Part shown: positions 23,266-36,128 of the stretch, in pieces
How positions within the stretch are numbered: the first letter of the stretch is position 1
How the letters are laid out: every line of letters starts with the position of its first letter
DNA from: Prorocentrum cordatum
Lineage: Eukaryota
Assembly (NCBI GenBank): GCA_963575745.1
Contig: CAUYUJ010000003.1
Coordinates: 124,001 to 188,000 of the forward strand
Direction: 5' to 3'
DNA: 64,000 nt
Translations under genes and position numbers: made by a program
Notes under the pieces: generated by a model
The model's database searches: none
Told to the model about the DNA's origin: nothing
Seen by the model: only the letters and a program-made list of their open reading frames with translations

Positions 23266-23323
23266 CGCGACATGTGGAAGAACAGGTCGCCCTCGAAGCA
23301 ATATGACTGGATGTGGCCCCAGC
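23266..23323 (-). CDS. Exon of tandem cold-shock-domain + RanBP2 zinc-finger protein (CSD1 RNP1/RNP2 part)
   Basis: CAG|G acceptor; encodes WGHIQSYCFEGDLFFHMS(R); GA donor; joins in frame to 22778. Confidence 0.75.
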
Positions 23324-23909
23324 CTGGTGCCCCGCCTCCGCCAGGGCCGCCCCCAGCTCACCTCCGCTGGCGCCTGCCAGCCCCCCGCCAGCTTCCGACG
23401 CTCGGGGGGGAGACATCGACCTGGAAGCGGCGATGCGTCGTCGATGGATTGGCGACAGGCCCCCGATGGCGAATCTGCACGCTCTGGGGCGAGGTGGGGT
23501 TCCGGGGCGGGGTGGGCTCAACCGCCAGATGCAATCATCGACCCCCCCCCTCGGCGGAACCATATCGCTTCTCGCCCCCCTGGACATGATATGCCACCCA
23601 TGGTCCCCTCAGTGCGGGGTCCACCAAGTCCTCATAAGATTCCAACCCAACCCCAATCATATTCAAAACAAATACCAATCCGGAATCCAATGGGACTCCA
23701 ATAGGATTCAAATGAGGTCCCAATCATATCCCAATCCGAGTCCAATAGAATTCAAATCGGATTCCAATCCGCCGCTGTGCCTGAACGGAGTGGGCGTGTT
23801 AGAATGCTTGCCTGTTGTCTGGGAGGTCCGGGAGGTCTTTTAGAATTTTCTAGGCCTGCACGCACCTCTCGACCACCGCCCTCTCTGAAATTGATTTCTG
23901 GCGGTCTTG

Positions 23910-24940
23910 TCGGCCTCCAAAAGGCCAAGATGGCCTCCAGGAGGGCTTCCCATACAGCCAAGACGACAATGTGGCCCAAGAGCTTCTCAAGACAGCCTCA
24001 CGACTGCCCAAGAGGCCCCCAAGACGGCCCAAAAGGCCTCCAAGACTGCCCAAAGCGCTCCAAGATGCCTTCCCGGACAGCCCGAGGGGGCCCATACCAA
24101 TGATTGGAGTTTGGGTTTTGAGAGATTTTGAAGTTCTCGTCTGTTCGGGTTTCCGACCGCCTAGGACGGCCAAAGAAGCCTCCAAGAGGCCTCCAAGACA
24201 GCTCCAAGGCAGTCCAAGCGGCTCCCAACAGGGCCCAAAGTCGGCTCAAGAGGACCCAAATATTGCTCAAGGGGCTCAAAAGATGACCCCAAGACGGCCT
24301 TGAAGCGCTCCAGGAAAGCAATAAGACGGCCCAGAGATGCCTCTTGGGCTATTTTGGGCGATCGGAAACCCGAACATGCTAGAACCTCAAGCTCATGCTG
24401 GCTTCCTCGGGCTCTCCTGGAGGGCCTCTTGCAGCCGTCTTGGGGGCCTCTTGATCGGTCTTGGGGACTTCGTGGGAGCCTCATGGCCTCCACGACGGCT
24501 TCAAGACAGCCAAGACGACAACAAAACAGCTCAAAATGGCCCAAGACAGCTCAAGAGCCCTTCAAGATAGCCTAGAGACGGCCCAAAAGGCTTCCAAGAC
24601 GGCCCAATAGGGCTCCAAGAGGAGCCCGAGGAAGCTATACATTGTTGAAGGGTTGCGAGGTTCTCGCCTCGTTCGGTTCCCAACCGCCCACGAGAGCCCA
24701 AGAGGGCTCCAAGCGGCTTCCAAGATAGCTCAAAGACAACCTAAGATGGCCCCAAATCAACCCAAGAGGGCCCACGGATCGCCCAAGGGACTCCCAAGTG
24801 GGCCCCCAAACGGCCCTGAAACGCTCCAAGGAGTTACCACCACGGCCTAGAGAGAACCCCAAGGCGGCCTCCATAGGCGGCAGTCGGGCCAAAAACCCAA
24901 TAAGACGGGCTTCCAGGAGGCCTCAAGAAGACCCCAAGAC
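23910..24940. repeat. Degenerate CCAAGA-rich repeat family (also ~36250-36500, ~42920-43720 inverse, ~57685-58300)
   Basis: Recurring ccaagacggcc / ccaagaggcc / ccaagatggc units. Confidence 0.7.
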
Positions 24941-25871
24941 GCCTGTTCCTCGTCGTCGTCGTCGTCCTCCTCCTCCTCCTCCTCCTCATGTTCTCTCCTC
25001 CTCCTCTTCCTCCTTCTCCTTCTCCTGCTCCTCCTCCTCCTCCTCCTCCTCCTACTCCTCCTCCTCTTCCTCCTCCTCCCTACCGCGCGGACGAAGACGA
25101 GGTCGGAATCACGATCCGCCCCAATGCGGACTACTCGTCGGAATTGCGCTGCTCCTCTGCTCCTGCACGCAGCCTGCTTCCTGCTACGCTGTTGCACATG
25201 CATGGTGGCGGGGTTTGCCGCAGACAGCTGGGTAGGATCCAGAGTAGACCCTAATCACATTCCAATCACATTCCAATCCAATCCCAATAGGACCCTACTG
25301 AGATCCCAGTCTGACTCCAATCGACCTTGTAACAGGAACCAAGAACGAGGCCAATCGGATCCTACGGGTTCCGATGGGATTTCAGTCATACCACAATGAG
25401 GTTCCAAGCAAATCCCACTCGGATTCCAGCAGGGTCCCAATCGGACCCAATCAGGATTCCAATTGGATTCAGCATTTTCCTTCTTGCCCCCTCTCCCCCC
25501 CCGCGGCAATTGTTTCCCGTGCGTGTTGGCGGCCGAATAACACGGTCAGTGGTATTCTCTGGCCTGGAGCCCTCCTCAGAAAAGCAGAAACAATCGCCTG
25601 ATGGGGGTATCATATGGAATCTACATATCCGCAGACTCTCCCTGCATATCCGCAGACTCCCCCCTGTTTCAGCCACTCTTTCTCTCTCTATGTCTCTCCA
25701 TGTCGATGGTTTCGGATTGTTTTCCTACGGCCTGCCAGAATGACCCACTTCCCTATAGAATCACAATGGGGGTCCAAGAGATTTACTGGGCCCCAGTTGG
25801 ATTACAAGCGGACCCCAACCGCATTCCATCAGTGTTCAAAGACTACCCCAATCGAATTGCATTCGGATTCC

Positions 25872-25877
25872 TTCGTC

Positions 25878-25912
<35 letters not shown>

Positions 25913-26192
25913 TGCCGTCGTCGGCCACGGCGGTCCCACGCAGCCCCCCCCCGCCCCCCCGGGGCACCCGCAGCTCGTCGTCGCCGTCGTCGTCGTCGCC
26001 GTCATCGCCGTTCGTTTGTCGACCGACCACGGCGGGCCAACGCAGCACCACCCATTCCCCCACGGGGCATCAACAACGACGTTGTCGTCGTCGTCTTCGT
26101 CTTCGTCTTTGTCGCCGCCGTCGTCGTCGTCGTCGACTACGGCGGGCACATGCGGCCCCACACACCGCCCGCGCATCCGGCATTCGCAGCCA

Positions 26193-26248
<56 letters not shown>

Positions 26249-26992
26249 CCGACTACGACGGGTCCACGCAGCCCCCCCACCCCGCATGGGGCATCCGCAG
26301 CGCGTCGTCGTCGTCGTCGTGGTATTTGTCGTCGTCGGCGTCGTCGTCATCGTCGTCATCGTCGTCGAAATCAAAAAAATCGTCGACCGACTACGGCGGG
26401 CCAATGCAGCACCACCCAAGTCCCTACGGGGCGTGCGCAGATCGTCGTCGTCGTCGTCGTCGTCGTTCGTCGACCGAGTACGGCTGGCCCACGCAGCCCC
26501 TCCTTCTAACGGGGCATCCGCAGCCTATCGTCGTCGTCTTCGTCGTCGTAGTCGTCGTCATCGTCGTCGTCGTCGAAGCCAAAAGCGTTCGTCGACCGAC
26601 TACGGTGGGCCAACGTAGCACCACCCAATTCCCTACGGGGCGTGCGCAGATCGTCGTCTTCGTCGTCGTCGTCGTTCGTCGCCCGGTTACGGCTGGCCCA
26701 CGCAGCCCCTCCTTCCCACGGGGCATCCGCAGCCCGTCGTTGTCGTCGTCGTCCTCCACTACGGCGGGCCCACGCAGAACCTCCACCCATGGGGCATCCG
26801 CAGTCCGTTGTCGTCGGGCCAGCGCAGCGCCCCCTCCCCTGCCCCCCACCACCCTCCTGGGGCATCCGCAGCGCGTCGTCGTTGTCGTGATTATCGTAGA
26901 CTGCGGCGGATCCCCACAGCACCTCTACCCTCCATTGGGCATCTGTAGCACGTCGTCGTCATCGTCGTCGTCCGTCACCGTCGTCGTCGACT
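25872..26992 (+). repeat. Composite satellite: (GTC)n spaced by a cgaccgactacggcgggccc...ggggcatccgcag unit (also ~27870-28210)
   Basis: Unit recurs roughly every 100-130 bp. Confidence 0.85.
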
Positions 26993-27976
26993 AGGCTCGG
27001 CTGGTGGTTGTGATGGTTCTCCTGGCCAAGTTTGCGTGGTGTCGGTGAGAACCAAAGCAGGGTTCCTCTTCGATGAAAACAAGAGAAGGGATCCTCGTTT
27101 GCTCTGCGTACTCTGCTCCCACCGTCACCCCCGGGGAATGATTGGATCATTTCCATCTGCCGGGGTGATAAACACTATCGCTCGGCGGTTTCCCTCCTCC
27201 TCGCTTGGGGGTTGATGAATCAATATGAGTGCTAATGCTAAAGCCAGGGAGATCGATCATTGGATCTCGCAGCTGCCGGGCCCCCCCCCCTCGGCGATCA
27301 GTGGGCAAGTGGGCGCCGATGCGTCCCCCCTGAGCCTCTCCCTCCCCCTTGAAGTGGCGCTGCCCCAGGCCACCTCCTCCTCCCGCCACCTCCTCCCTCC
27401 TCTGGGCGGCGAGCGAGGGGGGGCAGTGAGAAGGGGCAGGCCTTCTCAGAAGGCTCGGAAATCCCCCGGCCCCCTGAGAAGTTTTCCAAGCCTTCCCCGA
27501 AGACACAGAAAAACGTTCCGAAGGCGGCAGGGCTTCTGAGAAGTCCCGCCGCCTTCTGAGAAGGCCTTCTAATTGTCATTTCCCCCCCCCTCGCTCGCCG
27601 CCGATGCTCGCTGGGGGTGCCCCGTGGAGAAAGGGGCCTCTCCCCTCCACCATCCACGCCGGCTCTCTCTCTCTCTCTCTCTCTCTCCCTTTCGATGGTT
27701 CCCGAGTGTTTTCCTACAGGATCCCAAGGGGACCCAACTCCCAAACTGATTCCAACATGATTCCAATGGGGTTGGTTACTGGGCTCCAGTGGGGTTCCAA
27801 ACGGACTCCAACTGCATCCCAACAGCATTCAAAGAAGACCCTACTCGGATTGCAATATGTTTCCTCCGACCAGGTCGTCGTCGTCGTTCTTGCCGTCGTC
27901 GGCTTCGGCGGGCTCACTCAGCCCCCCCTGGGGCATCCACAGCGCGTCGTCGTCGTTGCCGTCCTTGCCGTCGTTG

Positions 27977-28019
<43 letters not shown>

Positions 28020-28137
28020 AGTTTGTTCGTCGACCGACCACGGCGGGCCCAAGCAGCAGTCCCCCCCACCCATGGGGCATCCTCAGGCAGCGCCGAGGTG
28101 GTCGTCGTTTTCGTCGTCGACGTCGCCATCGTCGATG

Positions 28138-28192
<55 letters not shown>

Positions 28193-29566
28193 TGCCGCCG
28201 TTGTCGGCTACGGCAGGCCTCTGCCCTCCACCATCCACGCCGGCGTCGAGAACCAGCCCTCGAGGCGCCCGGCGCCGATGCATTCGGAGGCTGGCAGGGA
28301 AGAGAACTGCGCGCTCACGTGCTCCTCCGCTGGGGGGGTGTCTCTGCCGACGATGCCGACGCCGCCGCCGGCCGCCTCCGCTGACGCAGACGCCGACGAC
28401 GCCGCAGACGACGACGCCGACGCCGACGACGCCGCAGACGACGACGCCGACGCCGCCAAGGGACGACGACGACGACGACGACGCCGACGACGCACAGGGA
28501 CGACGACGACGACGACGAACTATGCGCTCACGTGCTGCTGTGCTTGGTGGGGGCACGAAAAGCACGCGAGCGCGCTGGAAGCATCAGAGGAGGCGATGCC
28601 AGGACGAAAATCAATTGGGCGATGATATATCCAGAATCCCTGAGATCCATGTGTTCTGGAGGATGTCTCGGGTGCAGCGGCCTTTTCAGAGCGTTCCGTA
28701 TCGCTCTAAGAGAATTCTGGAACGCTCTGGAACGGATTTATCCTCGTCCTAGCCCCGTCCCAGGATCAGATGAGCAGAAGGTATTGATACTGGTGCTCGT
28801 CCTGGGGAGCCCTCGTCGCCATGGCTGTGTGTTCCTCGAAGTTCTGGTCTGGTCAGAACGGACCCCAGGAGAGGTCCGTGGACAGGCGTTCTTCGTGCCT
28901 TGCTGCCCCCACGAATGACTGCGTACGTTAGGCCCCGCAGCACTGGTGGGACGGTCCCTTCTTCCCCCGCCTACTAGCACACCTTGCCGACTCTTCCTGC
29001 TTGCTCCCCCCTTCAACAGGGCCCCCCTCGGTGAAACCCAGACCCGGCGGGCGCAGGCCCGGCGCAAACTGCGGCCGCAACCGCTCTCCCGAGAGCCGAC
29101 GACAAGGCCAGTATGACAAGGCCAGACAGGTGCCGCTGCTTTAACCTCCTGCCCTACCACCTTTGTTTGGGTGTACAGTGGAGGCCAGTCCACAAGAAAC
29201 CTCCCACATGGAACCTAACCCTGAGACCCAGGACGTCCATTGATCCTTGGTGTGGGAGCGTCACGCTCTTCGAAGCAAAACCATCGAAACCCAAGAAACC
29301 AAGGGCACCCTTAAGGCAAGCAGGGTGTTCTTGGCATGGGTCTCCACTGCATGCGTCTTGGTTTTTGGGGGGTTGGGGGGGCAACGGGAGGGAGACGCGG
29401 GTAGCCAATGGTCAACGTTCCACCTGTGCGTCACACTGCAGTGCCGAGGCCCGGGCATGAGCGTGCAAACTGCAGCGGGAGGCAGCTCGCGCATGCTGGA
29501 CTGCGCCACACCGAAGACACCGAGCTGGACTTCTGCGGCGGCCCCTGCCCAGACCGGACGGCGCGC

Positions 29567-31295
29567 CCAGGGACGAAGTCAGTTGGCACTGGAATTCTCT
29601 TGGGCTCTTGGAGTTCTTTCACCCCCAGGGCGCCTCCCAAATCGACAGCCTTCTGGAGACGCAGCCAAGGCGAGGAGAAGTCGGGAATCCCTGAGAGCCA
29701 ACTGGTCTGGACGATGTATCAATCGCCGCTGCCGTGTCATAACGCTTCAGGACTAAAGCTGAAGTTTAGCTAAAGGGGCCCAGGGACACACGGATAAATA
29801 GATACAAATCCCACGAATCCCTTATATTCTCAATATTTTCTGGATTTTCGTCTCCCGCTCCACGTCCCATGTTTTCCAATATTTTCTTGGGAATCAGCGG
29901 TGATTTGCGTCTGTGTCCCCCCCTCCGAAGGACGGCTCTCAGAGCGATCTGGGACGCTCCGGCATGATGGCCCTCGTCCCAGGCCTGCCTGACTTCTGGA
30001 GACCCCCGCAATCGTTTCGAAGGGCCCGCTCGGCCCCAGCCTGCGGCCGAAGGACGCGCCCAAACCTCCCGCGGCGTCTGGCGATGTTTAGTGAATCGTG
30101 GCTTTCAGAACACAGTCGGGCCTAGGCCAGAAGAACATCCCTCAATAACATGAGACCAACCGCCGGCCAAAAGAAACATAACCTCCAAGGGTACATATCC
30201 CCAGGATGCACAAGAGCACCCAACAAACACGAAGAACCTCAGGGTACCCCTCCGAGCCGACCTCGAGCTTACACCTCGGTGCGACTGTAGACTTCCGGGC
30301 CTGGAGCCCACACAGTCGACCCCAAAAACCCTGGACCCAAAAAGGATGACGTCTCACTCCCTCCTGTTGCCATCGCTCGAACGTCCGCTCCCCGTGCATT
30401 CGTTGGTTCCGCGCGTGCTTTTTTGCCAGATGATCTGGGATGCTCCTCGATGGTCCTCGCCGAAGAAAAGATCACACGTCCGGGCGATGCCAAGTCCACT
30501 GCGGCCCCGTCCGCCGACCATCCGCCAGCTTCGGCCGGCGGACTTCCGCCCCCCCGTTCTGCCTCCCTCTCGCTGCGCTGCCCCCCCCCCCCCCCCTAGC
30601 AGTCGCTGGAGGCCACGTGCTGGGCCTGCAGATGCTGGACCGCGCCGCACCGAGAGCACCGCGGGAACGACTCGGCCAGGCGAGACTCGGCCAGGCCTAG
30701 CTCGGCCAGGCTTGACTCGGCCAGCTGACCTCGGCCAGGCCGAGCACTGCCTGCCGCCCGCAAGGGGGGGCCACCGGACCTTCGTTTGGAAGGGTGCCCT
30801 CCAGGGGAGCGCAGGCGGGCCCTGCAGCACCAAGAGGGTGCGGGTTCTGCTACTGCCAGCTTCCGCCGAGGCCGATGGCGCGCGCCGAGGGCGAGGCCCT
30901 TGCTGCAGGAGCGGGGGAGGGGCGCCACCACCACCACAGCGCGAGGAGCCGCAGGGGGGGGGAGGGGTCATCCTGGTGGTGTGGTCCCCCTCTCCCCCCG
31001 CTCGAGACAGCCCCCCCCCCAGCTCGGGGAGGCCTGCGCGGAAAAGCCGCGAGGCGGGCCGAGGAGCTCCCAAGCTCCCCGGCCCGTGGAGAGCAGTCGG
31101 CGCGCCAGGGAGTGCCAGTGTCCCGCCCGCCGCCCCAAGAAGAGGCAAGGGGGCCAGGAGGGAGGGGAGTATGAGAGCGTGTGCTCGTTTTCCCAGCGGG
31201 GCGCGCTGGTAGGCCTCAGTGCGGCTGCTCGTGCAATCGCAGGACGGACGAGTACGACGAAGTAGGCCCACCAGCACGATGTCCAAGCAAAGCAT
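29567..31295 (-). CDS. Candidate 5' exons of the CSD gene (31295-31034, 30898-30780, 29649-29567)
   Basis: ATG at 31295 just after an AG; phase-compatible AG|G acceptors and GC/GT donors; hydrophobic then Ala/Ser/Arg-rich leader-like N-terminus, then AVDLGGALGVKELQEPKRIPVPTDFVPG. The link to exon 23323 is unresolved. Confidence 0.3.
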
Positions 31296-31860
31296 GTCTA
31301 TACTCTGAGCAGCGAGAGGGGGCAAGATGGGAGGGGGAGGGGTGCAAGAGGATGCGCAGGGGGAGGGATGTGGGGGGATTGGCTCAGCGGGGTTAAAAGG
31401 CCCAAGCAGGGGGAGATGGGGAGCGCATGGGGGAGTGAGGGGAGAGGAGGGGGAAGTGAAGCGGGGGGATGGGGAGTAGATGCACGGGGGGGCAGAGGGA
31501 CAGGGGTCGGGGGGAGGGCGGCGGGGTACGGGGGTATGGGGGGAGGGCGGAGGTAGGGGACGTGCCCGTTCTTGCCCTCCACCCGCCTCCATGTAGCCAG
31601 GTCGGCCACCTTTGCCTGGAGAGCCACGGCATGATAGGACAACCCGCAGGCAGAAACATCAGACGAGCGAGCGACCTATGAGGTACCGTTCCGGGGTCCC
31701 TCACCATGTTCCCCTCCCCCCCCGCACCCTTACCCGTTCCCCTCCCCCTCCCCCTGAAGGCCGGGAAAAGGCTCTGGCATTTCGATTCGTCGTTCTCGAG
31801 ATTCGTTTCCGATTCCGGCGTTTTGATTCGGTAAACATTTAATTTCTTAGATCACGAGAT

Positions 31861-32911
31861 CTACCTCAATCTCACTTTCGCCTGGATGACTCTAGAACCT
31901 AGGGACGCTGGCGATGACCTATTTCGAAAGGGTCTGGTTCCACTTCCGTCGACCTTCCGCCGACAAGAACGCGTCCACTGATTTTTAAGAACCTTCCGCC
32001 GATTTCTACTGAGCCGGAGTGGCCAACCGTTGGCATCATCCAAGAAGGTATCATTTCTGGAGCTAGCCGCGTGGTCCAAGCTGCTTATGGAGCTGTTCTT
32101 GCCGTTCTTCTCTTCGCGCTCCGATCTGCTACTTTGCGTGCTTGGCTGTTGGCTGACATCTGTGTTCCTGTCGAGACCAGCACTCGGAGAGCCCACACCC
32201 TAAGCCGAAAGGGGCTCGTAGGGATGGCTGGTCGGCCAACCCTCGTGCCCGGGGTCTCGATCCGCTGAGGGCTCGCAAGAAATCCAACCCTGGCCTAACC
32301 ATGTGTGCGCATCGCGGGCTTCCTGCCAGGGCGCTGCGCTCGGGCAGAGAGGATGGCGGGGGGGGGCGAGGAGAGAAATGGTAGTGGGGCGGTGGGAGAC
32401 TGGAGAAACTAACATGTCCAGTATACATACACAGATAGAAACATGCATTGGATTTGTGTGCGCAGGGGAGAGGAAAAGAGAGAGAGAGAGAGAGCGGGAT
32501 ACACAGGCAGAACGGCACGATTTCAGCCCTGTTGGGAGATGCAGCCTTGCCTCTGTGTATACATGTTTGTGCACATGTGGTATATTCGGCGCTTTGCGGG
32601 CTCGAAGTCTATGCCACAGAGAAGCTGAACATGTGATGTTGAACATGTGATACCTCAAGAGCCTGACTGGTTTTGCATCTTCCCCGGGATGTAGGAGATT
32701 GCCAGGGTTGGCAGGGGGGCATCTTGCCTGGGTTGGGACAAATCAGCTGGCCTACAATCATTCTGAATTCCCTCGGTAACACGGGTTTCGGTATATCCGC
32801 CTTGAAAGCTGGGTCTGTCACGCATGCGCGCGTCAGCGCGTACAATCCAGCTGCAAACTGTTGCAACTTTGAAGCCAAGTCGCCTTTGCCCTTGCTCTTG
32901 TTGGGGTCCAT
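31861..32911 (-). CDS. Possible short two-exon gene, unknown product
   Basis: MDPNKSKGKGDLASKLQQFAAGLYAL... from ATG 32911 and an open exon-like stretch ~32172-31861 after CAG|G; non-repetitive; no recognisable domain. Confidence 0.25.
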
Positions 32912-33550
32912 GCTGGCGCTGTCTCCACGTTCTGGCACCGCACAAGCGAAACGGGCGCGCGGAAACCCTCCCCTTGGCCTGAAAAGCTCGCGGCGGAAGG
33001 CGACGAAGACTGGAACGGGGGGAAGTTGCATGCCGAGCGTGGTGACATGTGAGGCTGTCTACACAATGCAGAAGAACGGTGTTCGGACGGAGCGCTCACA
33101 CGAACGATGCTGGATAATTGACCCCCAATGCCACCAATGCAAGTTGGAGTGATGAGTTTCCCGCTGGAGTATCCTCGATATGCCTTCTGTGGCGGAAGGT
33201 GCGCAACGGGCGTCCATGATTGCATTCGTATCCGCTCGATTCCCTTGCCTCCAATTCTCTCCAACCCCTCACCACAATCAATGATCGCCCATGCATTCAT
33301 TGAAAGATGACTTAAACAGTTCACTCGCCACTCAGGCGAGTTCTGCAGCATACAAGACTGGGCAGTGAGCCCACATCTTGTACAGTACTGCATACCACAC
33401 CTCGGCAGCAACTTGCACGCACATGGATACCTTACTCAGGAGCGGCGATTCAGCTGGTTATCTGGGACGACGTCGAACTCAACTCCTCCATTCATTGCAG
33501 CGGTAGCTATGAGAAGCATGCCGATGCTGCACCCCTCGGGGCTTGTCCTC

Positions 33551-33848
33551 TCAAAGCATGCGAATCTCCTCCTGCACGGGACAAAATGCATCAGGCGTAT
33601 CCCCCTGCGGGCCGTCAATTGGGCTGTCTACCTCAGGTGCCAAATCAACGTCCTCATCCATCCCGCAGGAGCGAGATCGCGCGCCAACGAAACCGCACGG
33701 CGCCGCGGCAACCATGTGAGAGTCCCTGTCGAACACAAAATGTCGAGGATGCCGCCCGTATACCTCGGCATATGGGGTGACCTCGTGTTCCGTGTTGAGC
33801 TCCTCGCAGAAACGCACCCGCCGGGTTTTGCAGAACAGGGGCAATGGC
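33551..33848 (-). CDS. Exon of hypothetical protein with RVxF-like motif
   Basis: CAG|G acceptor; KTRRVRFCEELNTEHEVTPYAEVYGRHPRHFVFDRDSHM reads as a conserved motif that I recall from dinoflagellate hypothetical proteins; end uncertain. Confidence 0.6.
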
Positions 33849-36083
33849 CTGGGGGCGACAGGGGTCCGAAACACAGCTGCGAGAAAAGGGGCACAAACAA
33901 AACGACACTGACGTGTTATACTGTCTGCACCTGGTGTGTGAACATGGCATGGTAATGCGCACCTGCTTGCACCACATGCGCCAGAACCGTGTCGCATGCG
34001 TGTCACACCGCACTCCTCACTTTTCCTCTGAGGGCGGCCATGCCCACACCGTGTGGCAGCATGGCCTTCACTCGTGACCCCGCGCCTCCCCCGCAGGGCT
34101 CGGAGGCCCGGGTCAGGCCCGCAGGAGACGCCTAAGAATCCAAGGCCGCCCACGGCCCCACGGCGGCACCCAGATCGAAACCCAGCCGGACCGATAGCCA
34201 CACCGAAACTGACCGATGCCGACAGGCTGCCAGCAGCCCAGGAGGGCGCAGCAGCACAGCAACGCCACGACGGCCGACCGAGCCGAGCCGACCGAACGCA
34301 GCTGACCGCGAAGCAGCCGAAACGACCGAAGCGCGGGCACTCTTGGAATCCCCCCAGAGACCCAGCAGGAGAACGTCACGGAGCCCCCAGGACCATTCGA
34401 GATCGAATCTGGACGAGTTCGGGATGTCCAGAATGGGGCCTTCTGTGTCCCAGCATGCGTCGGAACAATTTCGTGACGATTTCGGGATCCCGTTAGAAGT
34501 CATTCGAAAACCCTCCGGAATAGTCTGGGAAGTCATTCCGAAACAAGAATCCTAAAGGCTATCCTTGGGAGACTCTGAGGAGTCCAATGGGAAATCCGTC
34601 GGAAGCCCTTGACACTCCTTTGGGGGATCCTTCGGACACCAAGTTGATTCCTGCGAGTAATCCTTCGGAAACCCTTTTCGGAATCATATAAGAAAACCTT
34701 CGGACACCCCTTTGTGATCCTATGGGGGCGGGATCCTTCGGCAACCCTCAGGATTCTGATGGGACCTCCGATGGGAAATCCTTAGGAACCTCTGGGGAAT
34801 CATTTTGAACCCTAACGAGTGTATGGTCTTCGGGCAACCTGGGCTGGTTCGGTCGTTCGGCAGGGTGGCGGCCGCGACGCCCCGCTGCATTGGAGGAGGA
34901 GGCCGAGGGGAAGGAGGGAACCAGGAACGGACAGGAGAAGAATAGATGGGGGTGGGAATATATGGGGACGGATGAGGACGAGTCGCGCTCGCGCGTGGAA
35001 ACACCTCCCAATATCTCGTCGTTGTCGTCGTCGTCGTCGTGGCTGCCGTCGTCGCTGGTCGACAGGATGGCGACCGCGACGCCTCGATTCGCGGCTGATC
35101 TACACCATTGTCGTATATTATTGGGAAGTGTGTGTGTGTGTGTGAGATACCGACCACCCGGTGGCACAACGATGCACATCGTCTTCGTGGTCATCCTCAT
35201 CTCCTGGGCCTCTCTTCACCAGTTGGTGGCACCTGTTGCTCTTCGCCTACCTGGTGTACCTCTACCTCCCGGATGTCGACATGGTTACGTCCTTCCGCAC
35301 GCAGCACTTGAGGATGGTGATTTTGACGCGCCGTCGACGGCAACACCACTTCGCTCTCCCTCTGGGACTTCGCCTCCGGCCCCTGTCCAAGGCGTACCTT
35401 TTCCTGTGCAAGCTCTTCAACACCGCCTGCACCCCGCGCCCTCCGGCCGCCTGAGGCCCCGCCCGCCCGCGCCCTGTCTCCCCAATTAGTGCTTTGCGCG
35501 GCCCGCCTAGCTCTTAACCGGAAGAGGCTCGCTCTCGACCCGCACACCAAAAAGTGTGTGCGTGTGAGAGATTGCATGCCGTGGCCGACAGGCCCGAATA
35601 GTCTGCTGGGTAATCCCTGGGTGCCCCGCGTCGCCCGCCCTGCGGACCGCAGCTGCCAAGCACCAGAAGTCCACGAACATCAAACTGCGACATCACAAGC
35701 GCGCGTGTAGAACAGGCGTAACTAACAGACAACCCCGCCATGGAGGAGTCAAGGAGTCACGCTTGAAGCCATATTGAGATCATGTTGCGGACAGGTTGAA
35801 ACCATGATGAGGTCATCTTGCGATCGCATTGGCGTCATATTGCGGCCATCTGAACACTGTTCAAGATATTGTCCACGATGCTGTTCACGATATATTTGAG
35901 GATGGTGTGTTGGATCTTGTCCAGGTGTTCAGGATCTGGTCTCGCATGCGGTGACGGGCCTCCTGTTTCAGGATATCTGTGCGTGTGCGTCTTGGCCAAA
36001 TTCTGGTTGATAATTGCGTTTCTGAGAGGGTTAATTGTGACATTGTTCCGCATGCCATTTCCTTTTTTTTTTTTTTTTTTTTT

Positions 36084-36128
<45 letters not shown>

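Noticed and set aside
23783..25563. Candidate linking exons ASILTRPLRSG (~23813) and PENTTDRVIRPPTRTG (~25563)
   Set aside because: Phase-compatible, but poor CSD similarity and lying among repeat-like sequence; cannot choose without transcripts
27135..27200. FITPADGND as the missing CSD1 exon
   Set aside because: RNP1/RNP2 of CSD1 are already supplied by exon 23323-23266; the frame ends in a stop with no compatible junction
25601..28752. Long ORFs of 278-382 aa
   Set aside because: Poly-V/S/R products of (GTC)n, open in several frames on both strands
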